The position numbers were made by a program, and so were the translations under genes. Below are positions 39,540-48,995 of a stretch of 64,000 bases of DNA, one piece after another. The notes under the pieces were generated by a model. That model searched no databases. It had not been told where the DNA came from and worked only from the letters and a program-made list of their open reading frames with translations. Numbering within the stretch: the stretch's first letter is position 1; each line of letters starts with the position of its first letter. This stretch comes from Candidatus Versatilivorator sp. (lineage in GTDB: Bacteria; Acidobacteriota; Terriglobia; Versatilivoradales; Versatilivoraceae): NCBI GenBank assembly GCA_965207735.1, contig OZ242296.1, positions 3,936,001 to 4,000,000 of the forward strand, in the 5' to 3' direction.

Positions 39540-40289
39540 TCAGATCCCGAGCAGGCGGCAGGCGTTCTCGCCCAGGATCTGCCGCTTGGCCTGATCGCCG
39601 ATGTCTGCCGTGAGGATCTTGCCGATCTGGGATCGCGGGTCCATCAGAGGGGTGTCGGAACCGAACAGGACCCGCTCCGCTCCGGCCTTATGCACCAGTT
39701 CCTCCACCACTCCCGGACTGCGAAAGGTCGAGCAGGTCTCCAGGTAGACGTTGGGGTATGACCGGGCGGCTTGAATGGCCTGGCTGCGAGGGGGCTCCAC
39801 GTTGCCGGAGTGGCCGGCCACAAAGCTCGCGCCGGGGAATCGTGGCGCCACCTGAGACAGGAATCGTGGCGCGGCCGTGGGTTCGATACCGGTGTGGCTA
39901 ATGATCGGCAGCCCGCGCCGATGGGCGAAGTCGTAGATGGGGTCCCAGATCGGATGGTCCAATGGAAAGGGCGTGTAGGGTGGGTAGATCTTGATGGCCC
40001 GCATCCCGAGGGAGTCGAAGGCTCGCTCCAATTCCGGCGCCATTGTGTCCGGCATCAGGGGAGACACGTAGGCGAAACCGATGAAGCGATCGGGGTGGGC
40101 CTCCACGAAGCGGGCGGTCAGGTCATTTCCGGTGCGGCCGTCGGGATGAAAGACATTGAAAACGCAGCTTTTGTCGATGCCGACCGCGTCCATGGCCCGA
40201 AGCATCTCGTCGGGATCATCGATCAGACCCATACAATTCTGCTTGCCCACGTGGCCGTGGAAATCGATCACCATTGTTCCCGCAATCAT
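39540..40289 (-). CDS. Amidohydrolase family protein
   Basis: IDFHGH and LFGSDTP motifs. Confidence 0.9.
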   Translation of the reverse strand: MIAGTMVIDFHGHVGKQNCMGLIDDPDEMLRAMDAVGIDKSCVFNVFHPDGRTGNDLTARFVEAHPDRFIGFAYVSPLMPDTMAPELERAFDSLGMRAIKIYPPYTPFPLDHPIWDPIYDFAHRRGLPIISHTGIEPTAAPRFLSQVAPRFPGASFVAGHSGNVEPPRSQAIQAARSYPNVYLETCSTFRSPGVVEELVHKAGAERVLFGSDTPLMDPRSQIGKILTADIGDQAKRQILGENACRLLGI

Positions 40290-41047
40290 GGTGTCTTCCT
40301 GTCTCCTAAAATCCGTTCGAGGTTACCGGCGCAAAGAATCGCCAGTGCACTTGGGTCCAGGCCCAAGTGATGAATCAAGAATAGAATGGGCCCCATGGCG
40401 TAGCGAGGGTAGAAGGAACCGTAAACCAGGCGTTCGATGCCGAATTCGTCGATCAGTGGTTGAAGCTTTTCCAGGCCCTCGTAGCGGCTCAGCTCCAAGT
40501 GGGCATTGGGCAACTGACGCAATAGCGGTCCGACCACCGCGTAATGGGCATAGTGGGCGCCCAGCAGGACGGTAACCAGATCCGGCAACCGGCGCAGCGT
40601 GTCCATGACTTCCACTGCCGGCGTGTCGGCCAGAGAAAGCCACAGGGGGATGCGCTCGACAGCCAACCATTCCAGCAACTCCCCATAGATCCAGTCCACG
40701 AAGGGAAGGCGACATTCCTCGGTGTTGTGGAGGCGGACGCTGGTGAGTCGCTTCGCTCGATGCAACTGCTGCAACTGGGCCAGGCTCTCGGGGGTGGGAT
40801 CGGCCACCCATTGGGGATGCAGCGCCGATTGCCCCTCCACCCAGGTCAATAGACTCTCGTTGCCTTCAAGAGTGCTGAGAGCTTCTCCCTGGAGGTGGTA
40901 GATCAGAGCTCGATCCACGCCGTGCCGGTTCATTTCCTCCAGGAGCTGGTCGCGGGTCTCAATCGGCGAGACCCGATCGCGGCGATGCCCCACGCCGACG
41001 TTGGCGTCGAAAACAGGGACCTGCGCTCGGAAGTTCAGGGTTGTCAT
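40286..41047 (-). CDS. Amidohydrolase-fold protein with degenerate metal site
   Basis: FDANVGVG and LVYGSFYP replace HxH and GSD; ATGA-coupled to the intact paralog. Confidence 0.8.
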   Translation of the reverse strand: MTTLNFRAQVPVFDANVGVGHRRDRVSPIETRDQLLEEMNRHGVDRALIYHLQGEALSTLEGNESLLTWVEGQSALHPQWVADPTPESLAQLQQLHRAKRLTSVRLHNTEECRLPFVDWIYGELLEWLAVERIPLWLSLADTPAVEVMDTLRRLPDLVTVLLGAHYAHYAVVGPLLRQLPNAHLELSRYEGLEKLQPLIDEFGIERLVYGSFYPRYAMGPILFLIHHLGLDPSALAILCAGNLERILGDRKTP

Positions 41048-41370
41048 GACCGATCGGGGTTCTGTAGGTGCAGCCGCGCTCCCGCGTGCAACCGTCGGCG
41101 ATTATCTCCCAAGTCCGGCCGCCTGTCGAGCATGGACTGACTGGGGCCGCCCCCTGTGCCGCAATCCCGGGGTGCACGTCAAATTCTTGAGGAGCCGTCC
41201 ACCGGCCCCCCACCGCGCTCTTGGGAGGTCATCATCCCATGGCATGCCTATGGGGACGTGCACCCCGGCGCCGCTTGACCCCGGCAGGCGGGCTTCGCTA
41301 GCATGGATCCGCCACCGGGTTGGAGACGCGGGCCGGGTGGCGTGGCATCGATCCAATCCGGGGGATACCC

Positions 41371-42219
41371 ATGGCAACACGAACAGACAAGATTGTGGAT
41401 ACCGACTGGTCCGCGCTGACGCTGGGGCAGCGCATCCGGCATCTGGAGGTTGAAGGTTACGTCGTCTTACCCGACCTCCTGGACAGCCAACACATTGAGC
41501 GCTTGAAGGCCGAGACCGCCAGGATGGAGACCGTACCCCGGGACTACAGCATTCACCAGCGCGGCCGGTCCAGCGTCCAGTTCTGGGGCGGTCCCGTTAC
41601 CGAGTTGATCGCCCACCCGCCGACCATCGCCTTCCTGAAGGCGCTTTTCGGCGACAAGATCATCATGATGAGCTACGGCTACGACCGGTCCGAGCCGGGT
41701 CACCCCGGGATCAGCCTGCACAGCGACGGACAGCCCTGGGGCTCCAGGATTTTCGGCTACAACATGAGTTGTCCCCGCCTGGTGCGGGTCCTCTATTACC
41801 TGGAAGACCTGACGCCGGAAGTCTCTCCCTTCAAGGTGATTCCCCGATCCCATCTGAGCTTTCACAACGACGGCAACCCCTACCTCCGCTACGACGATCA
41901 TCCCGAACAGGTGATGGTCACCTGCAGGGCGGGATCGGCCGCTCTGATCAACCAGAACGTTTTCCACGGGAACTTTCCCAACGTGGGCGCCTACGCCCGC
42001 GAGATGCTGGCCATCGCCTACCGCCCCGCCTGGGCAGGCCCGGGGAGCGAGATCGAGGCCTGGGATCCGGAAGAACTGGCCAAGGTCCCGCCGGCCGTCC
42101 GAGAGGTGATGGGTGACCGCAACACCCGTATCTGGAACTATGGAGGAGGCAACAAGCCTCCCCACATGCCCCTGGCGGCCCCCGGCATCGACCCCAGCCG
42201 CTGGGAACGCGTGAGTTGA
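41371..42219 (+). CDS. Phytanoyl-CoA dioxygenase (PhyH) family protein
   Basis: LHSD, IPRSH and FHG motifs. Confidence 0.85.
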   Translation: MATRTDKIVDTDWSALTLGQRIRHLEVEGYVVLPDLLDSQHIERLKAETARMETVPRDYSIHQRGRSSVQFWGGPVTELIAHPPTIAFLKALFGDKIIMMSYGYDRSEPGHPGISLHSDGQPWGSRIFGYNMSCPRLVRVLYYLEDLTPEVSPFKVIPRSHLSFHNDGNPYLRYDDHPEQVMVTCRAGSAALINQNVFHGNFPNVGAYAREMLAIAYRPAWAGPGSEIEAWDPEELAKVPPAVREVMGDRNTRIWNYGGGNKPPHMPLAAPGIDPSRWERVS

Positions 42220-42223
42220 CCTG

Positions 42224-43000
42224 TCAATCGGACGGAACAGCGCATACCCACTGGGCGAAGTAGGCGGGAGCCCATTTGCGGGCCAGGTGCATGTTCAGAA
42301 GGGCAAAACTGCTGTAGGGGAGTGCCGTCTCTACTTCCATCCAGGCCTCGGCCGCGGCAAAGGAGGGCAATTCGGCCAGGCACACCTCATGCCAGTCCGC
42401 CTGGGGAGCCACGAGCCGGAAACGCTCCAGCCGAATCAGCCCGTGGCTTTGGGCGACGGCCTTCAGCCGGCGGACCTGCTCCACCTCTCCGCGCTCCTCG
42501 GTCGACAGCTCGCCGGCCCCGGGCAACCAGCGCCGGAAGCTGAGAACCACCAGGCTGGTGGGGTCTATCCGCAAGGATGGAATTCGATGGGGATCTTCGC
42601 TGGCGGCCTGCAATTTTCCTACGGGGGGACGGGAAGTCCGGTCAGTGAATTGGTCCTGCGCCGCCCGTCGTGCAAGATGGTATTCGTAGTAGCCGTAGCG
42701 CCCATATGGAGGTGCCATCTCGGCCTGAATCCAGGCTTCGGCTCCCGCCAGCGAAGGGAATTCGATCACCCAGAATCGTTGCCAGTTGTCTTGGGGACCG
42801 AGCAGTCGAAAACCCTCCAGGTGCATCAGCCGGAATCGACGCGACACCGACAACATCAGGTCGACATGTTCCTGTGAGAAGGCCTCCTGTTCGCTTTGGG
42901 AGAGACGATGCCAGGTCGGGAGTCGGCCTCCCTTGAATAGGACCACCACCGAGTCGCCGGGATCGGCTGAATGTCCGGCGCTTTGACTACTGGAAGTCAT
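42224..43000 (-). CDS. Hypothetical protein with two internally repeated alpha/beta-barrel-like domains
   Basis: EFPSLAGAEAWIQAE / ELPSFAAAEAWMEVE duplication. Confidence 0.7.
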   Translation of the reverse strand: MTSSSQSAGHSADPGDSVVVLFKGGRLPTWHRLSQSEQEAFSQEHVDLMLSVSRRFRLMHLEGFRLLGPQDNWQRFWVIEFPSLAGAEAWIQAEMAPPYGRYGYYEYHLARRAAQDQFTDRTSRPPVGKLQAASEDPHRIPSLRIDPTSLVVLSFRRWLPGAGELSTEERGEVEQVRRLKAVAQSHGLIRLERFRLVAPQADWHEVCLAELPSFAAAEAWMEVETALPYSSFALLNMHLARKWAPAYFAQWVCAVPSD

Positions 43001-43021
43001 AGGTTCGTCAGCCCCAATTCC

Positions 43022-43804
43022 TCAATTTCCGTCGGCCTGCTCAAATGGTACGGGATTCCTTGGAAAGTGACCGTATTCGTCCCGACCGCAAACCAGGACC
43101 GGCCGGTAGTGTCTTCCCAGAGAGTTGGCTCGGACCTGCCTGACCCGCGGAGAAATGAATCGAATCGCCAGGCCGCAGCGCCGTCTGCCGGAGCGGTTGG
43201 GGTTGCTTCCGTGGATGAGCATGCCGTCGTGGACCGACATCTGGCCGGCCTTCAACACAAGGTCCACCGTTTGACTCGAGTCGAAGCTCTCCTCGGGGAT
43301 TTCCTGGTTGATGCTGAGCAGATTTCCAGCCGTTGCCGACGTTCCGTGGGTCAGAATGCCGTGGCGGTGGGACCCGGGAACCACCCGCATGCAGCCGTTG
43401 TCGACATCCACGTCGTCTATGGCCAGCCAGGCGGTGACCGCTCGCGGCGGTTCCAGTCCCCAGTAGGTCACGTCCTGGTGCCAGGCCACGAACTTGTCCC
43501 CTCGGGATGCGGAGGGATACTTGCAGAAAAAATGGTTGCCCAGGAGAAGGACATCGGGGCCGAGGACCGAACGGATCGCTTCCAGAACCGGAGGACGGGT
43601 GCTGAGCCTCCAGACGAACTCGTGGGTGAAGTGCAGATTGTTGAGCCCGATTTCGGCTTTGCTTCGTCCCCGATCTGCTTCCAGGGCGTCGAACTGCGAC
43701 CGGTAGTCCTTGATCTCGGATTCCGAGAAGACCTCCAGGCCGGTCAGGTACCCCTGGCTTTGCCACAGTTCTGAACGGGAACGCTCCAGGGTTGTGCTTG
43801 TCAT
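43022..43804 (-). CDS. Phytanoyl-CoA dioxygenase (PhyH) family protein
   Basis: WHQD, NGCMRVVPGSH and HGS.PN motifs. Confidence 0.92.
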   Translation of the reverse strand: MTSTTLERSRSELWQSQGYLTGLEVFSESEIKDYRSQFDALEADRGRSKAEIGLNNLHFTHEFVWRLSTRPPVLEAIRSVLGPDVLLLGNHFFCKYPSASRGDKFVAWHQDVTYWGLEPPRAVTAWLAIDDVDVDNGCMRVVPGSHRHGILTHGTSATAGNLLSINQEIPEESFDSSQTVDLVLKAGQMSVHDGMLIHGSNPNRSGRRRCGLAIRFISPRVRQVRANSLGRHYRPVLVCGRDEYGHFPRNPVPFEQADGN

Positions 43805-43979
43805 TCGGCTCGGCCCTCCGCGAGCTCAGTCTAATTCAGTTTGGTACAAGCCGAACAATTTTTTTGGCCGGCCACGACCGCGGGAGCCCGTGGCGCCGCT
43901 GTAGGTGTTTAGGGGCCCTCGCCCTGCCGATGCGGCAGAGGGGCCACGCCTGGTGGCCCTTCGTAATCCTTCGAATAAC

Positions 43980-44325
43980 TTCGTGGACAACTCTTTTTTC
44001 TTTTGTTTCAGGAGAGCCGGTCTCCGGGGCCTCGCGCTTTCGACCCTCTGCTGTCGCCGCCTTCGCGGCTCGACGTGGAGCTACCCCATTCCATGGGCTT
44101 ACGCCCACGGCTACCTGCTGCCGCCGCTCCGCGGCTCGATGGGTCGCCCGGGCGTTCGCCCGGGGATTATCAATTGCTAACAAGTGTCGCCCCCGCCCTG
44201 GTGTGCGGATCATACATAGAGTGAAACAATCAGAAATCGACAATCCCTTCGCGAACTTGGTATCCCGTCGCGACCAACCTCAGCGCCTTAGTGCCCCTTC
44301 GTCGTTCTTCGTGCCCCTTCGTGGT
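43980..44325. repeat. Inverted copy of the composite REP-like element at 30317-30660
   Basis: Reverse-complement match including the palindromes and flanking unit. Confidence 0.85.
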
Positions 44326-44583
44326 TAAGTCTTTTTCTTTTGTCGTTTTGTCGTTTGTCGGTTGTTTCAGGCAAGTCCCGCCTATTGGTCACGGAACACT
44401 ACGCTGCCTGCCGGCTGGCAAGACGGTGAAACGGAGGTGAAATCCCTTTCACCCGGTGCTATTCTTTCAGCACGGGCCGGTCGCGACAACCTTTCCGCCC
44501 CAGGCGGAACGCGATTCAAAGCTCCGGGTTAAAGCCGGACTTCTTTTCCTATCGGCTGGTTCGGCAGCAATGGGAGGTCAGGG

Positions 44584-45810
44584 ATGGAATCTCAAGCGAT
44601 ATCCAAACAGGAGTTTCAGAGCCGCTACGCTCGTGTGCAACGTTTCCTGGAGGAACGGCAGTTGGGGGCCTTGATGGCCTATTCTCCGGCGCGCGAGCAC
44701 AAATGGGGCCAGACGGGCCATGTCTCCTATCTGTCGGGTTGGGCCAACGATGACCGGATCGTGGAAACGGTGGTGGTGGTGCCCCGCCAGGGCGACCCGG
44801 TGATGCTGGCTGCCGGAATGCAATTCATGTTCGAGCAGGCCGCGGAGGTGTCTCCGATCGAAGATATGCGGCTGGTGGAAGCCGTCGACCCCAACGCGGT
44901 GGCGGGTCATCGGGGTGGGAACGGGGACGAGGGCCCCCGCGACTTTGCCGGCCAGACCCTGGCAGTCCTGGAAGAAAACGGCCTGGGAGGGGAGGGAGTG
45001 GGTGTGGTCGGGATCAGCACCATGCCGGCTCCCTTCTACGAGGGACTGGCTCTCGGCCTGGGAGACCGGCTCCATCGGGTGGACGATGTGGTTTCCCAAC
45101 TCCGAGCCGTCAAGAGCGAGGCCGAACTGCAGTTGATGCGACGGGCGGCAGAGCTGAGCGATCTGGGTTTTCAAACCATGCTGGAGGTTGCCAGGCCCGG
45201 TTTGCCCGGAATAGAAATCGTGGCCGAGATGGAGAGGGTGGCGCGCCGGGAAGGAGCCGACCACGCCAAGTACTGGATGGCTTCGGGCCCACCCCCGGAT
45301 TGGAACGACACCCGGCTCGACATCAGACCCCATGAGCGTATCCTTCAATACGGCGACCTGATGGCCAGTTGCTCCTATATTGTCTACCAGGGGTACTGGT
45401 GCCACGGGCACCGCACTGGAACCCTGGGAAAACCCTGCGACGCCCTCACCCGGCTGTGTCAGGTGACCCGGGAAGCCCATGATCGGGCTCAGGAGATACT
45501 GAAGCCGGGCACGCCCGTGGCCGAATTGGGCCGGACCATCCGGGAGCATGTGGCTCCCCACGGTCTGGATCTTCTGGGGGGGAGAATCGGACACGGCATC
45601 GGCATGGATTACAGCGAGCAGCCCGTCCCCTTCGACGACAGCAACCCGGCTCCCATGCAGGCCGGAATGACTGCCGTGATGCACGCCATCTTCGGCCTGC
45701 CGGGAACCGGCAAGATGTTTGTGCCGCTGGGCGACGTGTTCCACCTCACCGAGGATGGTCCGGAACTGCTGATGGGCTTCCCCCGAACCCCCTTTGTCGC
45801 CGGGCAGTAG
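44584..45810 (+). CDS. M24 (Xaa-Pro/creatinase) family peptidase-like protein
   Basis: LRAVKSEAE and GHGIG motifs; metal-binding Asp/Glu appear substituted. Confidence 0.85.
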   Translation: MESQAISKQEFQSRYARVQRFLEERQLGALMAYSPAREHKWGQTGHVSYLSGWANDDRIVETVVVVPRQGDPVMLAAGMQFMFEQAAEVSPIEDMRLVEAVDPNAVAGHRGGNGDEGPRDFAGQTLAVLEENGLGGEGVGVVGISTMPAPFYEGLALGLGDRLHRVDDVVSQLRAVKSEAELQLMRRAAELSDLGFQTMLEVARPGLPGIEIVAEMERVARREGADHAKYWMASGPPPDWNDTRLDIRPHERILQYGDLMASCSYIVYQGYWCHGHRTGTLGKPCDALTRLCQVTREAHDRAQEILKPGTPVAELGRTIREHVAPHGLDLLGGRIGHGIGMDYSEQPVPFDDSNPAPMQAGMTAVMHAIFGLPGTGKMFVPLGDVFHLTEDGPELLMGFPRTPFVAGQ

Positions 45811-46009
45811 ACTATCGTCTGCGCATGCTGTTTCAGCCGCTGCACTTGCCGCTGATATTCACTTACGAGACGCCGCGTTGGCCCCCCTCCGGATCGACTG
45901 CGGGCTGCGCCCTCTCGCGACGCCAAGGCCTGCGAGCGGCAGCGCTGTGCACAGGGGATGCGGCTCTTAATCCGCCGCATACGCGGCTAGGTTGGCGCAG
46001 GATTCCAAC

Positions 46010-46126
46010 GACCCCGGGCTTCCGCCCGGGGCTACACGAGGCCGCAGCTACGCTGCTCGATAGGGATGGCCTTTAGGCGACCTTGTCACAGGCAACCCAC
46101 GCCAACCGCCGCCTACGCGGCTCTCC
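46010..46126. repeat. Degenerate REP-like palindromes
   Basis: CCCCGGGCTTCCGCCCGGGG and CGCCGCCTACGCGGCTC resemble motifs at 30476-30920. Confidence 0.6.
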
Positions 46127-46157
46127 CGTAACCCACGACACTGTCGGTGTATAGAAT

Positions 46158-47644
46158 GAGCCTTTTGCAAAATTCGCAGATAGCGGGAATTTTCACGTGG
46201 GGAAAGATCAAGGAGGGCAGGTGGAAGGAGGGGCAAGACCACTGTCTGTTGTATCATGAAGGTGTCTGAACCACATGATGAACGGAGGTGGAACTTGCCC
46301 CTTAGGGAAACCCTATCACGACACTGGTTCCGGTTTCAACGAGAGCTGTTTCCCCTGCTGGAGGAAGTTTTGGGGCCTCTGGGAGAGCGTTACCAGCGGC
46401 TGGTGCAGGTATTGGAGTTGGTGCGGGTGGAGGAGTTGCTGCCTTACAGTCGGGGCTGGCGTGGCCGGCCGCTGGAGGATCGGGCAGTGCTGGCGCGAGC
46501 CTATCTGGCGAAGTCGATGCTGGAGGTGGCGACCACGCGGGGATTGGTGGAGCGGCTGAGGAGTGAGGGGAGGCTGCGGCGGCTGTGCGGCTGGGAGAGG
46601 GCGTGGGAGGTACCGAGCGAGTCGACCTTCTCGCGGGCCTTTGCGGAATTCGCTGAGAGCGACCTGCCGGGGCGTTTGCACGAGGCATTGCTGGAGGAGA
46701 CGCTGAAGGGCCACTTGGCGGGGCATGTGTCGAGGGACTCGACGGCGATTGCGGGACGGGAAAAGCCAGCGGCCAAGGCTGCGCCGGAGGCCAAGCGGAA
46801 ACGCCGGCGGGGCCGGCCGCCGAAGGGCGAGCGACGGCCCAAGCGGTTGAGCCGGCTGGAGCGGCAGGGGTCGATGACGCTGGAGGAAATGTTGAAGGAG
46901 TTGCCCAAGGCCTGCGACATCGGCGTCAAGCGCAACGCCAAGGGGCATCAGGAGAGCTGGACCGGCTACAAGCTACACCTCGACGCCATTGACGGCGGGA
47001 TTCCGGTCAGTTGTCTGCTGACCTCGGCCTCGGTGCATGACTCTCAGGCAGCCATTCCGCTGGCGACGCTGACGGCAAGGCGGGTCGAGAGTCTCTACGA
47101 CTTGATGGACAGCGCCTACGATGCGCCGGAGATCCGGGCCTTCAGTGAGAAGCTGGGGCATGTGCCGATTATTGACGTCAACCCCCGCCGAAGAGCTACC
47201 TTGAAAGCCGAGCGGAAGCGGGAGGCACTGGCCCGGCGCTGTATCGGCCAAGTGACTCCCGAGGCGCGGCGCTACCGGGAACGCTCGACGGTGGAGCGGG
47301 TCAACGGACGGCTCAAGGAGGAGTTTGGCGGGAGGCAGGTGAGGGTTCGCGGCCCCGACAAGGTGAGGTGCCACCTGATGTTCGGCATTCTGGCCCTGAC
47401 GGTGGATCAGTTGATGCGCCTGACGCTCTGAAGACCGGGTTGCCACCCCCAACCGCACAGCAGGTTCGCCCGCCTCAAGGCCGGGAGAGGGTAAGCTGTG
47501 CCTGCGTCCGGCGACCGCTGGCCATCCGGCCATCAGATTCGGGCTTTTTCCTTCAAAAGGGTCTTTGCAGCTGGGTAGTCACCGCCGGAACATCACTGTT
47601 GCCAGCCCAATGTCATGCCCGATTCCGAATTTTGCAAAAGGCTC
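46158..47644 (+). mobile_element. IS copy 2 (same element as 6196-7682, inverted)
   Basis: Same IRs, length and transposase; no target duplication (GAAT/TACT). Confidence 0.93.
46256..47431 (+). CDS. DDE transposase
   Basis: Protein identical to 6409-7584. Confidence 0.93.
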   Translation: MKVSEPHDERRWNLPLRETLSRHWFRFQRELFPLLEEVLGPLGERYQRLVQVLELVRVEELLPYSRGWRGRPLEDRAVLARAYLAKSMLEVATTRGLVERLRSEGRLRRLCGWERAWEVPSESTFSRAFAEFAESDLPGRLHEALLEETLKGHLAGHVSRDSTAIAGREKPAAKAAPEAKRKRRRGRPPKGERRPKRLSRLERQGSMTLEEMLKELPKACDIGVKRNAKGHQESWTGYKLHLDAIDGGIPVSCLLTSASVHDSQAAIPLATLTARRVESLYDLMDSAYDAPEIRAFSEKLGHVPIIDVNPRRRATLKAERKREALARRCIGQVTPEARRYRERSTVERVNGRLKEEFGGRQVRVRGPDKVRCHLMFGILALTVDQLMRLTL

Positions 47645-48441
47645 TACTAATTTATACAATGCGGTAGTTTCGTCAAGCAAATAAACCGCACAAGGCCTTA
47701 ACGTTTTGAAAAGAAATGGGTTGAGTCTGTCTCAGAAGCCTGGATGAGCGCTCGACGTCCCGATTCTACTCCCGTGCCGGCACGGGAGTAGTGATCTGCA
47801 TTATCTTGCAGTCGGGGATAGTTGCTCAGATTACGGGGTACAGAGCCGTTGCGTGCCGATCGAGGCGTGTTAAGGGACTGGAGGGGCAAATACCCCAGCG
47901 GGGTATGCCACGTAATGCGGGCGGTTGTTCCGAACTCTTTCCGCTTCAAGAAGTTGAGGGAATGTTCGTGCCTCCGGCGTGCCGAAGGGCGGATCGGACC
48001 CGGTGACGGGAAGGCGGCCGATCCGGCCAGGAAGCCAACAGCAAAAAACAGTAGACCATACTGGCCCTCGGTGGAGAGAGGCAGGCTTAGGGGATGAACA
48101 CAACTCGATATCTCCGATCCTCAGCACGGGCAGCTTGCCACCCCGTCAAGCAGAGATATACCAAGGATTCACGTTACTGGCACGACGGCATGACCGACTG
48201 GGATCCGTTCCTGGAGGCCCTGGGACAGGAGGATCTGGTGGTTCCCGAGAAGCTTACGGCCCTTGCCGGCTGGGTTTCGAAAGCGACGCCGCTTTTTGGG
48301 AAGTCCGGACGTTTCGTACTGCTACGCGGCATTCACCACATAAAGCTGGTCGTTTCCGGAGATCGGCTTCGAAAAGCCAAGGCATATGTGTTCATGGTCC
48401 TTTCGGCTGCGGTCGACCGTTGACATCTACCTGACCCGGGC

Positions 48442-48484
48442 AAAAAAAACCCCGCCTGCCCCACAATGGGGGGCGACGGGGGTT
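48442..48484 (-). terminator. Intrinsic terminator downstream of the RiPP precursor remnant
   Basis: GC-rich hairpin followed by U8 on the minus strand. Confidence 0.65.
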
Positions 48485-48555
48485 CAATTCAAGCGATGTA
48501 CGGATGCGGATTCGGATTGCTCCGTGTCTTGACAGGCTGCACGCCTGCCATGGGT

Positions 48556-48705
48556 CTACCAGCAGCAGCAAAGGCCGGCTGAGACGGCTTCGAGCTGCTC
48601 CTGGGTGATGTTCGGATCCGGCGGCAAGGCGAGATGAACCGTCTGCATGTCGCTCTCATGGACCTGGATGGTCATCGAATCGGGAATCGTGATGCCCAAT
48701 TCGCC
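48556..48705 (-). pseudogene. 5'-truncated NHLP-leader (proteusin) RiPP precursor with LCCCW core (SrpE-like)
   Basis: Translates GELGITIPDSMTIQVHESDMQTVHLALPPDPNITQEQLEAVSAG-LCCCW*; in-frame stop directly upstream; absent from the ORF track. Confidence 0.85.
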
Positions 48706-48995
48706 TTATATTCTCTGTAACAAACGAGTGACAAACGACGCCAATAAATTCATCAACTGATCGCAACACAAATGTACCGCACGTTCAAGGCAGCAAAATG
48801 CCGAAAAACTTGATTCGATGTTCATCGGCTTGCGTCGAGGGCCATTTTTAGCCTCGCGGTCTGGATGGAAGTCCCCTCCGAGGACTTCCATCCGGTGGGG
48901 TTGGCAACTCGTGACGGTGGGAATAGACACCGACCTCCGTACACTCCCCTCTATCAGGGCTAACCCCCAATCCAGCAGCAAGATAGTGCGGGCTG

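Noticed and set aside
6196-47644. Composite transposon formed by the two IS copies
   Set aside because: Copy 1 has its own TAAA duplication and the outer flanks do not match
47698-48434. Short ORFs right of the second IS
   Set aside because: No recognisable motifs; probably gene debris, and no product call can be supported
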